Source of the DNA: an uncultured Rivularia sp.
GTDB taxonomy: Bacteria; Cyanobacteriota; Cyanobacteriia; Cyanobacteriales; Nostocaceae
Length of the DNA: 64,000 nucleotides
Assembly: GCA_964395005.1 (NCBI GenBank)
Contig: CAYMZW010000002.1
Coordinates: 5,422 to 69,421 of the forward strand
Reading direction: 5' to 3'
The notes under the pieces were generated by a model. It ran no database searches. It had not been told where the DNA came from and saw only the letters and a program-made list of their open reading frames with translations. Below, in pieces: positions 52,622 to 61,637 of the stretch. How positions within the stretch are numbered: the stretch's first letter is position 1; every line of letters starts with the position of its first letter. The position numbers and the translations under genes were made by a program.

Positions 52622-55104
52622 GTTAAAGTCGATAGGGAAATCACTTTCCCTACCTCTTCTTCAAAACTGGACGTGAGACTTTCACCTCATCCAGCTACTC
52701 AACAACCAGGCTGTTTCCATCAGCACCGCTTTTTGCCACCGAATTTCTGTTAAGAGAACCATCGGCCTTCTGTTTTAGTGTCATGACAGTGACGATGAAG
52801 TAATTGAAGATTTTTATACCTATCACGACCACCTTTAGAAACTGGTGTGATATGGTCAACTTCCATTAAATCTTCGTCTTTAAAATGCAGTCCGCAGTGT
52901 GTACATTTACCTTTCTGCTTTTTGAGCAGAAATGCAACTCTGCTAAGGGCTTCCGGGTGATGACCCATCCGCGTACTCCAATAAACCCAATCTCCATCAT
53001 AGGGACTACGATTACCTTTTACTTGTACGTATCTAGTAATCTTGGTGTCCGAATGTTTAGCAAGTTTATAACCTTCATGGGTACAAAAGCGCCAATTATC
53101 AGAGCCGATTGTTCTCCAATATTTATTGACCACTCTGTGTTTGTTCTTTTTGTCACATCTTTTGGTAGCCCATGCTCGCAGTTTCTGGTAAACCAGAAAA
53201 TTTGCTTTTGAGAAAGTATTGCTACTTGCAACGGTTGAATAATAGTTACTCCACCCCCTAATGACTGGATTTAATTTATCAATCATTCCCGATTGGGGCG
53301 CATTTTGGTGGTTATCGATTATTCTTCCGATGTCTAAAAGATGTTCTTTGAGGCTTTCCTTGCTTGGAGTGACGATAGTTTTAAAACCGAGTATTGTTCC
53401 ATTCCATACTCTAGCGCTTAGGTAGTCTCCCACCGGATATTGCTGTATATGGAAACCAAGGAAATTAAAACCCACTCTACCTTGATAAGGAGTAAATGTA
53501 TGGGTAATAAAGGTTTTACTCGGTTTAAGTTCTAACCCTATATCCTTTAACCACTTAGCTATTACTTGTTGAGATTGTTGGATGATGGAAAGCGAGTCAT
53601 GAATGACTACAAAATCATCGCAGTAGCGGATTAGTTTTGGGGGACGAATCGTCACCTTTTTTCCGTTAATAACAGGGTATCTTCGGGGAAAAGATTGTGT
53701 TATTAATGATTCTAATCCGTGCAAGGCAATATTCGCGAGTAGAGGAGAAATTACTCCGCCCTGCTGTGTGCCTTCTTCCGTTGCGATATGACATTTACCA
53801 TCAATCACTCCCGCTTTTAACCATGCAGCAATTTGACGGCGCATAGTTGGGAAAGTGTTTACTTTTCTCAGTAATACCTCGTGGTCGATGCGGTCAAAAC
53901 ATTTGCAAATATCAGCATCAAGTACGTATTTAGCTTTTTGCTTAATATCTGACTTAATTGCTGTAATCGCATCATGTACCGAGCGCCCAGGTCTAAAGCC
54001 ATATGAATGCGGTTCAAATCTTGCTTCCCATTCTGGCTCCAATGCTAGTTTTGCTAACGCTTGTAGCGCACGGTCGGCTATAGTTAGTATTCCCAAGGGT
54101 CTTTTTTCTTGGCTTCCTGGTTTGGGTATCCACACTCTGCGAGCAGGACTTGCCTTTCCAGTCAGTTTTAGATTGTTGGCGAGTATTAGACGTTGATGAG
54201 GTGTTAATGATTTTACACCATCAATACCTGCTGTCTTTTTACCGCTGTTATCTTGGGTTACTTTTCTTACCGCAATACATTTTGCTGACCAAGACCTGAT
54301 TAAGGTTTTCTGGAGTTTACGAACTGCAAAAATGTCATCTCTACTTGCGGCTTGATATATTCTATGCTGCAGCTTATAAACTTGACGTTCCAACTTCTTC
54401 CAAGGAATTGACCGCCATGGTCGGCGATTTTCTTGCCCTTGAATTTGTTTGGTGTCTTGTTTTAATTCCAACCTGAACTGTTGTGTCGCACCTTGCGACT
54501 CTACATGAGCGGCTTTAGACATATTACTGCTCTTCAGAAACTATATCTTCCTAGTTATCGTGTGTCTGTCTGCTTATCCCAGACATTACTCTGGGCGTTT
54601 GCTTTTGACACAATCCCTTCCACTTAAGGCTTGCGGGTGGTTGCCTACTTAAATATTTTTATACTCAAGAGCGCATAAGTGGATTACTTCGTTCCGAATA
54701 ACCATTGGTTGAACCTTTAGAGTGACGCTCTCCACCGGGTTTATGGGAAGTGCTTACTGGTCGAGATTGGAATCGCCAGTTCCCTTTATCCTTGCCATTT
54801 TGGCTTGGGCTAATTAACTGTCGTTGCCCATTCGACGTTACGATGGTTCAGTTGCGCCTTCACACGTGGTTACTCATAGGTTCTTGCTCGACAGGGGGGC
54901 CAAGTACAGTTCTTGGAAGTCTGCCTTTCTTCCCCACTTTGCCCGTTTGATGACCATTCTCCCAGACAGGGGAAGTGCTGTTACCGCCGCACCTACGGAG
55001 TAGGACTTTCACCTACATGGTTATCCAGTTGTCATAGTTCTTTTAATAGAGCTATGCTAATCATCCCCCAGTATTTCTACTGGTTTCGATTAAACGGGTC
55101 GTAC
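52622..55104 (-). mobile_element. Group II intron (2,483 nt)
   Basis: 5' end GTACG; domain V AGCTGGATGAGGTGAAAGTCTCACGTCCAGTT; domain VI ending ...ACTTTAAC; EBS1 CCAATC loop (54765-54770) complementary to the exon end GATTGG. Confidence 0.92.
52750..54522 (-). CDS. ltrA: Group II intron reverse transcriptase/maturase with HNH endonuclease
   Basis: TAGIDG, RPLGI, YGFRPGRS, GTQQGGVISPLLANI, RYCDD, CTHC...DHITP...NLQLLHRHCH. Confidence 0.93.
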   Translation of the reverse strand: MSKAAHVESQGATQQFRLELKQDTKQIQGQENRRPWRSIPWKKLERQVYKLQHRIYQAASRDDIFAVRKLQKTLIRSWSAKCIAVRKVTQDNSGKKTAGIDGVKSLTPHQRLILANNLKLTGKASPARRVWIPKPGSQEKRPLGILTIADRALQALAKLALEPEWEARFEPHSYGFRPGRSVHDAITAIKSDIKQKAKYVLDADICKCFDRIDHEVLLRKVNTFPTMRRQIAAWLKAGVIDGKCHIATEEGTQQGGVISPLLANIALHGLESLITQSFPRRYPVINGKKVTIRPPKLIRYCDDFVVIHDSLSIIQQSQQVIAKWLKDIGLELKPSKTFITHTFTPYQGRVGFNFLGFHIQQYPVGDYLSARVWNGTILGFKTIVTPSKESLKEHLLDIGRIIDNHQNAPQSGMIDKLNPVIRGWSNYYSTVASSNTFSKANFLVYQKLRAWATKRCDKKNKHRVVNKYWRTIGSDNWRFCTHEGYKLAKHSDTKITRYVQVKGNRSPYDGDWVYWSTRMGHHPEALSRVAFLLKKQKGKCTHCGLHFKDEDLMEVDHITPVSKGGRDRYKNLQLLHRHCHDTKTEGRWFS

Positions 55105-55581
55105 CCAATCTTCATCCTGCCGAGAAGCTTGAATCACCTTCACTAGCGATATTCCTAAGTAAATTAGAAACAATCCTCGCAATACATTAAATACCAATGG
55201 AATTGCTTCTCCTGCACCTGTAAATTGTCCTGTCATCCAGGTTTCTGCGTTCTGAAAAAACTGTGCTTGTGCTGGTATTGATAGGGCATCTAGCAAGAAA
55301 AACGTACCCACAATTATGAATATAGGTGTGGATAATCTATAGTGCCGAGAAAGCTTTGAGAGAAAAATAAACAGCCTATCAACATTGTGTCGCCAAGCTA
55401 TTGCAGCTGTTCCAAAAAACAAGAAAGTTAATGTTGCAACACTTGCGATGCTTGGATTAATTATTGTATTGAGTACTGCGATCGCAATTGCAACAATCCA
55501 TAAAGATAAATTAGATATTGAGTTTGATGAGGGATAGCGTTTTGGGGACATCGAAAAAATACGGGGTGTTCTCAAAGACAT
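55105..55581 (-). CDS. Pilin-like (VirB2/TrbC-like) gene, 5' exon (spliced product ~194 aa)
   Basis: PAQAQFF processing-like site and hydrophobic segments, ending QDEDW at the intron; first gene of the transfer operon. Confidence 0.78.
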
Positions 55582-55968
55582 GATTTTTCAAACCCAATCA
55601 TTTTCTATATCTTTGATAACCCGTTTCATCTTCAAATTTAATCAGCCGATTTAGGTAAATTAAAATTGCTTTTTCTCTGATTAAATATTATTAAACAGGA
55701 ATAGAAACATTACATTGTTAAAATAAATTCTTATGTATTAATACGCTTTAATGTTTTCCGAAAGTATCAAATTATTATTCATAAATTTATTATAGTATGA
55801 AATTACATAGATTAATAATTAAATAAATACTAACTATTTATGTATACTACTTAATTAAATCACCATGCCTGATGTTATGCGAATTAAAAATAGCCCAAAA
55901 CTTATAATGTTTGGGCTACAAATAAAATCTTCAATATTTTATGTAGTTATCATACACTTACATCTATG

Positions 55969-57147
55969 TTATTGTAGGTCGTATTCACTTTCCAAAAAAG
56001 ACAGTATTCGTTCCTGCTTAGATGTAAGATTAGCTGGGTCATGTATTCTTGAAAGCGCTTCTAGTACAGCTATATGAGTAGTTTCGCCGCTCATATAAAC
56101 CTTGTCCGCTAATCGCCGAATTCGTTGACAATTTTGAGCAGCGATTTCTTCAGATGCTGTATATGTTGGTTCCAAATTTTCTGGTTTAACTGTAGGTAAG
56201 TCCATTTTCCACATCCTAATAGCACAACTATGAAGATTCACCGCATTAATTATGCACCAACATCGGGAATATTGTTTTAAATCTGGATCGCCTTTAGAAA
56301 TAATTTGACAAACTTCACCTACTATTCTTGGATTAGGAACGCGCTGTTTGTCTTTAATTTGTTGAACAATACTTGTATTTCCTCGTTTATTATCAAATAT
56401 CTGTTGAGCAAAAGTACTTCCTTGAGTATGGGCTACTTCAGCTAGGGATAGAATATCTTCTTTGGTCATCTTGGGGCTACGAGATAAAATTGAGTGCTTA
56501 ACTTTTTCTCCTAATGCATCAGCTAAAATGTCTAATGCTTGACTTAATTTTGCATCGTTCTTGATTGTTCTGGGACTAACTTTATATTCAGCAGCTAAAG
56601 ATTTCGCTTTGTCCATCGAGATAGCATCTTCTAATTCTTCTTCCGAAGTGCAAAACTTGCACTTCGGGGAATTCTGTTTTAAATTATCTTCACGATTACC
56701 CTTCAAATGCAGATAGCGTTTACCTCGGAGGTAACTAGCAACTTCTGGTGTAGTATTGCGCCGCCCTAATTGATTATTAACTATCCAGCAAATAGCATTA
56801 TCTCTGGATGGCATATCAATTTCTACAATTTTGTACGGAATTTGATTTTTAGTACAAATTTCATAGCGGTTGTGTCCATCTAAGATAATAGACTTACCTT
56901 TCCAAACTACCAAAGGGTCAATACAACCAAATTCTTTTAAATTTGCTTCCAATTGTGTTTTCTCTTCTACAGAGAGTGGAGGAATTAGATTTTTAAATTC
57001 AGAGTCAATCTGAAGTTCTACGTTGAATGAGGGTGGTATTGATGGTGTAACTCTTTCTTCGTTTTCTTCGACAGTCTTTGCTTGTAGATCCTGTTGTTCG
57101 TCACAAATTATTGAAGCTGAATTTATACTCATAATTATTCCGCTCAC
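55969..57147 (-). CDS. ParB N-terminal-like domain protein
   Basis: LIPPLS.EE..QLEANL...GCIDPLVVW, ILDGHNRYEIC, NQLGRRN, then an HTH. Confidence 0.8.
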   Translation of the reverse strand: MSGIIMSINSASIICDEQQDLQAKTVEENEERVTPSIPPSFNVELQIDSEFKNLIPPLSVEEKTQLEANLKEFGCIDPLVVWKGKSIILDGHNRYEICTKNQIPYKIVEIDMPSRDNAICWIVNNQLGRRNTTPEVASYLRGKRYLHLKGNREDNLKQNSPKCKFCTSEEELEDAISMDKAKSLAAEYKVSPRTIKNDAKLSQALDILADALGEKVKHSILSRSPKMTKEDILSLAEVAHTQGSTFAQQIFDNKRGNTSIVQQIKDKQRVPNPRIVGEVCQIISKGDPDLKQYSRCWCIINAVNLHSCAIRMWKMDLPTVKPENLEPTYTASEEIAAQNCQRIRRLADKVYMSGETTHIAVLEALSRIHDPANLTSKQERILSFLESEYDLQ

Positions 57148-57187
57148 GAGTTCTATTTTTTTAAAGTGAAGATTGTTGTCGTAAATT

Positions 57188-58564
57188 TCATTCCATTAGA
57201 GACGCAATAGCTCCATAAGATTTGTCAAATAGAACAGTGGCTGTTCCAGTTTCTCCATGTCTTGCTTTAGCTACAATCAGTTCTAATATTTTTTGGTCTG
57301 AAGTATTCGGGTTATAGTACTCGTCCCTATATGCGAGGATAATGTTATCGGCAACCATCTCTAATATCCCCGACTGGCTAAGATCGCTCATTGTTGGACG
57401 CTTAACTGGTCTACTTTCGACAGCCCGATTAATTTGGGAAAGTGCCAATATGGGAACATCTAAATCGCCTGCCATTTTATAAATTTCCCTTGCTACTCCT
57501 CCCAACTCATAACTGCGATTGGCACTAGAATCTTCAGTCATCATCTGTAGGTAATCAATTACAACTAACCCTATTTTTCCTTTCTTGGTCTTGATTTGAC
57601 GACATTCGTGAGCAATATCTGACACTTTAATCCCCCTACTGTCGCTAATGTAGAGCGGTAAAGTTGATGCAATATTGACAATCTTGTTGATATTGCTTAA
57701 TTCCCAATCAGCCAAGGTTTCACTCAAAGCTCGGTGTCTGCGGATGCGGTCGCTCGGTATCGGAACAAGGTCACAATTTTTATAATCGGAAGCAATGCTA
57801 ATTAAACTCCATAAACGATATTCCAACTGCTCCTTAGTCATTTCCAATGAAAAAAATATCACTGGAAGAGAATGATGCAATATCATCCTCAGTGCCAGGT
57901 TTAAAGAGATAGCACTTTTACCCATTGATGGTCTGCCTGCAACCAAAGTTAAAGTACCAGCTTCAAATCCCACTATCAACTTATCTAGTTGCTCAAATTC
58001 TGTTGAATAAATAGGATTAACATTTTCTATTTCTTTGTAAGCAGCAGAGGCTATTGTGCTATTGTGTTCGATATTTGAGCAAGTTCTTTGATTAGAAATT
58101 TGGAAGATTTTTTGTTCGGAACTATCTAGTATTTGTGGTAGCTCAATTTCTGTCTGATAGCCAAGTTTAACGATTTCGTTACCCGCTCTTATCAATTGCC
58201 TCCTTCTATACTTTTCCATAATTAAATCGGCAAGAAAATCAATGTTTACGGCTGATACAGTGCGGTCTACAAGTGTTGCTAATTTATTCCTACCACCTAT
58301 GTTTTTAAGTAAATCGTGGTCATTAAGCCAACTGATAATAGTTAGTAAATCTGTTGGTTTACCTTGATTATCAAGTTGCAGTGCAGCACTATAAATATCG
58401 GAATGACCTTTGATATAAAAAGCTTCTGGAATTAAGTTAGAGCGTACTCTAGCAATAGCTTGGGGGTCTAGAATTATTCCGCCGAGAACAGCTTCTTCAG
58501 CTTCTATATTTGCAGGGGGCATTTGATGAATCATGTATTTATCCTTTTGGGAATTATGGTTCAA
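57188..58564 (-). CDS. dnaB: Replicative DNA helicase, DnaB family
   Basis: AGRPSMGKS, FSLEM, VIDYLQ, LSQINR, AKARHG. Confidence 0.92.
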   Translation of the reverse strand: MNHNSQKDKYMIHQMPPANIEAEEAVLGGIILDPQAIARVRSNLIPEAFYIKGHSDIYSAALQLDNQGKPTDLLTIISWLNDHDLLKNIGGRNKLATLVDRTVSAVNIDFLADLIMEKYRRRQLIRAGNEIVKLGYQTEIELPQILDSSEQKIFQISNQRTCSNIEHNSTIASAAYKEIENVNPIYSTEFEQLDKLIVGFEAGTLTLVAGRPSMGKSAISLNLALRMILHHSLPVIFFSLEMTKEQLEYRLWSLISIASDYKNCDLVPIPSDRIRRHRALSETLADWELSNINKIVNIASTLPLYISDSRGIKVSDIAHECRQIKTKKGKIGLVVIDYLQMMTEDSSANRSYELGGVAREIYKMAGDLDVPILALSQINRAVESRPVKRPTMSDLSQSGILEMVADNIILAYRDEYYNPNTSDQKILELIVAKARHGETGTATVLFDKSYGAIASLME

Positions 58565-59424
58565 TTTTCACGATTGCCTGAAGAGCTATTATTTTGGTGG
58601 CAATCGTTCTCTTTCAACAACGACTCTTTACAAGCAACAGTCGCTGCAACGGTTTGTTCTTCTAATTCGTGTTTCCATTTTTCTACTTGCTCTCTTGCTT
58701 GTATTCGAGAAAGTTCTTCTTGATGTCTGGAACTTTGAGAAGCTTTATAAAAACGGTATTGAACTTCCCAACGGTTTTCTCCAGCTTTAGTTTTACTTGC
58801 TAACCATGCTTCTAAATCAATCACCTCCTGACTAAGATTTTTCGCTTTTTCTTGACAAAAATTCAAAAAACTCGCTCGGTCGAAGTCTGAGAGAGTCTTT
58901 ATAAAGTCTGAATAAGTCTTAATAGTCTGAGGGGTTCTCAAATCACCATCTGACAAAGGTTCTAGCTGCTGTTCGTTTCCTATAGGAAATTGTGGTTTCC
59001 TATAAGAAACCTCGGTTTCCTCTACGAAACTTCGGTTTCCTATAGGCAACTGCGATTCACTATACGAAACCTTGTTTCCTATAGGAAACTCAGTATCTTT
59101 GTATTGGTCAGTGGTTATTTTAATTCTGACCTTCGATATTTGCGCTTCAATCAAACCAATATGGTCTAATTTTTTAACTGCTTTTGATGCTGCTCCTTTG
59201 GAGATATTTAGCTCTTTCGCCATTTCTGTAATGCTGTATTCGAGATGGCGATCGCCAAAGGGGTCAAGCGAGCGCAAGTAGTACAGCACCTTGATTTCGG
59301 CTCCAGTTAAGTTTTTCACAGTTTCAACCCATTCGTTATGAGTTAGTCGATAAAAAAGAGGTGTTTTTTGCTTGTGTTCGTCAGAATTCAACTCGCTTTT
59401 TACGCAGCAATTGTTTTTAGTCAT
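58561..59424 (-). CDS. Winged-helix replication-initiator-like protein (rep2)
   Basis: N-terminal wHTH; internal DNA repeats; 4-bp overlap with dnaB. Confidence 0.75.
   Translation of the reverse strand: MTKNNCCVKSELNSDEHKQKTPLFYRLTHNEWVETVKNLTGAEIKVLYYLRSLDPFGDRHLEYSITEMAKELNISKGAASKAVKKLDHIGLIEAQISKVRIKITTDQYKDTEFPIGNKVSYSESQLPIGNRSFVEETEVSYRKPQFPIGNEQQLEPLSDGDLRTPQTIKTYSDFIKTLSDFDRASFLNFCQEKAKNLSQEVIDLEAWLASKTKAGENRWEVQYRFYKASQSSRHQEELSRIQAREQVEKWKHELEEQTVAATVACKESLLKENDCHQNNSSSGNREN
58975..59089. repeat. Iteron-like array inside rep2: six 16-bp palindromes, consensus GTTTCCTATAGGAAAC
   Basis: Units start at 58975, 58995, 59015, 59035, 59055 and 59074. Confidence 0.85.
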
Positions 59425-59647
59425 ATATTTTTAGAAAGCTTGAAACATTTAAGCCGATTATTGGTCTATTAATTGGACGCTTCAAAATCACTACCTCACG
59501 CTCGGTTGTTGGTGCTATGATATGGGTACTCAAAGCCGCCTCACTTATGCGTGAGTCGTCTTCCTTGAAAAGTAAGCATTGCTGAAATAGCAATCACAAA
59601 AATATAATATTGCTAATTCGGCAATCAACAAGTAAAGAAATGTTGCG

Positions 59648-59974
59648 ATGAGCCAGCACAGAGAAATTTTCAATCAATTATTGTTGGCTTTTGATTATTC
59701 AGCCAAACAAGTCAGCGCTTGGACTGGAATTCATCAAAGTCGTCTCAGTCGATTTCGCACGGGAAAACTTGATTTAGAAGCAGGAGAATTTTTCAGCTTG
59801 CTTGGTTGTATGCCAAAAGAATTTCAGGATAGTTTTTGGTTGAAGATTCGTACAGAAGAAACGGATTGGCGCGTAAAAATACTATCTGCAAGTGATAATG
59901 ACATTGAAGAAATCCTTAGAGGACTAGCAGATAGATGGGCAAGCGTTGTAGATAAAGCAAAAATTGCTTCCTAA
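59648..59974 (+). CDS. XRE-like HTH regulator divergent from rep2
   Basis: YSAKQVSAWTGIHQSRLSRFRTGKLDL. Confidence 0.82.
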   Translation: MSQHREIFNQLLLAFDYSAKQVSAWTGIHQSRLSRFRTGKLDLEAGEFFSLLGCMPKEFQDSFWLKIRTEETDWRVKILSASDNDIEEILRGLADRWASVVDKAKIAS

Positions 59975-60615
59975 TTTATTTTTTGATGATGAGGGAATTT
60001 ACTTAGCATTATGCTACTAGACTCAAATTCTCCCAGAGCAGAGAATGATTATCCTGCTGTATATGTAGCAGAAAGTTATCGAACTATTGAGAAAACCGAA
60101 AATTGAAATAATTAGCTTCCGTTATTCCTTTCGGGATTTAACTATCAGGAGAATAGTCGATACTATTTTTCAACGAAGCAACTGAACGCATTTTCAGCTT
60201 ACACAATCGCTGCACTAAACGTAAGCCATGCTGCGTTATTAGAATACGAACCGCAAATGCGCGAAATTTTTTAGTCATAACTGTAAACTCCAAGTGCGAG
60301 TGAATAGGGAATCAATTATCGCTTGGTAAATATCCGCACGTTATAAAATTACGCGGGTATTAAAATCCATCAACAAATTTTCTGATGGTTTTGCTGTAGC
60401 CGAGAACACTTAATAAAAAATGATGACTAAATTACCAGGAAAACAAATCTATCGAAAGTGATATTTGTTTTGCTATTTGTAGTTTTCAAAATTATTTTTT
60501 GTGCTTAATAAAAAAGTTTTTATACAAAAATATTTTTGAACATTCTATGTAATTACATAGCTAATTTGAAAATTAATTCTATTAAATTTATAATTTACAA
60601 ACAATCAAAGACTAA

Positions 60616-60658
60616 TGTAAACTGGCTTACAAAAATAGATACGTAGAAAATATAACAT
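60616..60658 (+). promoter_or_regulatory. Consensus NtcA-activated promoter
   Basis: TGTA-AACTGGCT-TACA, then TAACAT (TAN3T) 22 nt after TAC. Confidence 0.45.
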
Positions 60659-61301
60659 TCTAAGCAAAACTATATATCATCGAGTTACAACTATTTCTTG
60701 TTAATTATTTTTTTTAAAATACCTGAAATGCTGATAAAACAGGAGAATTAAGCAGAATAAATCAAATTTTATTTAAATTTAGCTGAATCTAAGTATTCGG
60801 TTATCTCTATGCTTCATGAATACTACAGTTTTTTACTTAACTACTTACGATGATTTTTGTAAGTCTTATCCTGATTAGATTTACAGTAATGCTAATTTTT
60901 ATTTATTTACGTATTCAGAAATCTTTTAATTACAGGTTATTATACAGCTTGATATTTGCTATTAAATATTCGTTTATCCAAAAAATTGTCAAAATACAAA
61001 AATTTGTGTATTAATAGTTCAAAGAGCTTCTTTTTGAGCCAAAACAGGTTTAATCGATAGATTCGGCGCGATATTGTATGGTAAACAACAATTTTTCTGC
61101 ACTTGCATAGTGGGGGCTTGCAATCAGAAAAAAGGCTTGTTTATAAATTGCTTTCTTTGACTGCTTTCTTGTTGATTGTCTCGAATGTTATGAACTTTGA
61201 GACATGTTCAAACTTTAAATTGTTTCCAATCGCAATAGTTTTAATTACGGTAAGTCCGAAAAGGATGGAAGAAAAACTATTGCAAACAAGTAATTCATGC
61301 T

Positions 61302-61580
61302 TTGGTGAAAAACAATAAAAATTTGGAGGTTAGTAACTTGGCTAAACGAACAATGTATAAGTTACCGCCCGATGCGGAACTGTTAACAATTCAGGAAGCA
61401 TCAGAAAGGTTAGGAAAAGGTTTTAGCCGTACTTCCATTCTTCGCCGAATTAGTTCCGGACAATGGAAAGAAGGTTTACATTGGGTGGATGCAAGACGCA
61501 ATGATTCAATGAATCGTCTTATAAGAATCAATGTTACTGCTGTGTTGAACGGATTTACAACTCCAGCAGCTTTTCGTTAG
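61302..61580 (+). CDS. Small excisionase-like HTH DNA-binding protein
   Basis: LLTIQEASERLG..FSRTSILRRI...W.EGLHW; the true start may be the ATG near 61353. Confidence 0.65.
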   Translation: MVKNNKNLEVSNLAKRTMYKLPPDAELLTIQEASERLGKGFSRTSILRRISSGQWKEGLHWVDARRNDSMNRLIRINVTAVLNGFTTPAAFR

Positions 61581-61585
61581 ATTTT

Positions 61586-61612
61586 CTAGGAGGGATTGAT
61601 TATCCCTCCTAG
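61586..61612. terminator. Hairpin after the excisionase-like gene
   Basis: CTAGGAGGGAT-TGATT-ATCCCTCCTAG with an 11-bp perfect stem; no clear U tract. Confidence 0.45.
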
Positions 61613-61637
61613 CTAACTTGAGTTAAAGTTTTAATGC

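Noticed and set aside
52750-54522. RT as a retron, DGR or defence RT; the 1 kb duplication as a DGR TR/VR pair
   Set aside because: Clear group II intron domains V/VI, maturase and HNH are present; the duplication is too long and shows no evident adenine-specific pattern.
58975-59089. Possible CRISPR array (also 35375-35510)
   Set aside because: The period is only 19-20 bp with no unique spacers, the arrays are intragenic, and there are no cas genes.
60140-60280. Short minus-strand ORF starting MTKKF as a fourth rep remnant
   Set aside because: No similarity to the rep N-termini beyond the first residues.
61103-61318. 71-aa + strand ORF
   Set aside because: TTG start, no recognisable motif; probably non-coding leader.
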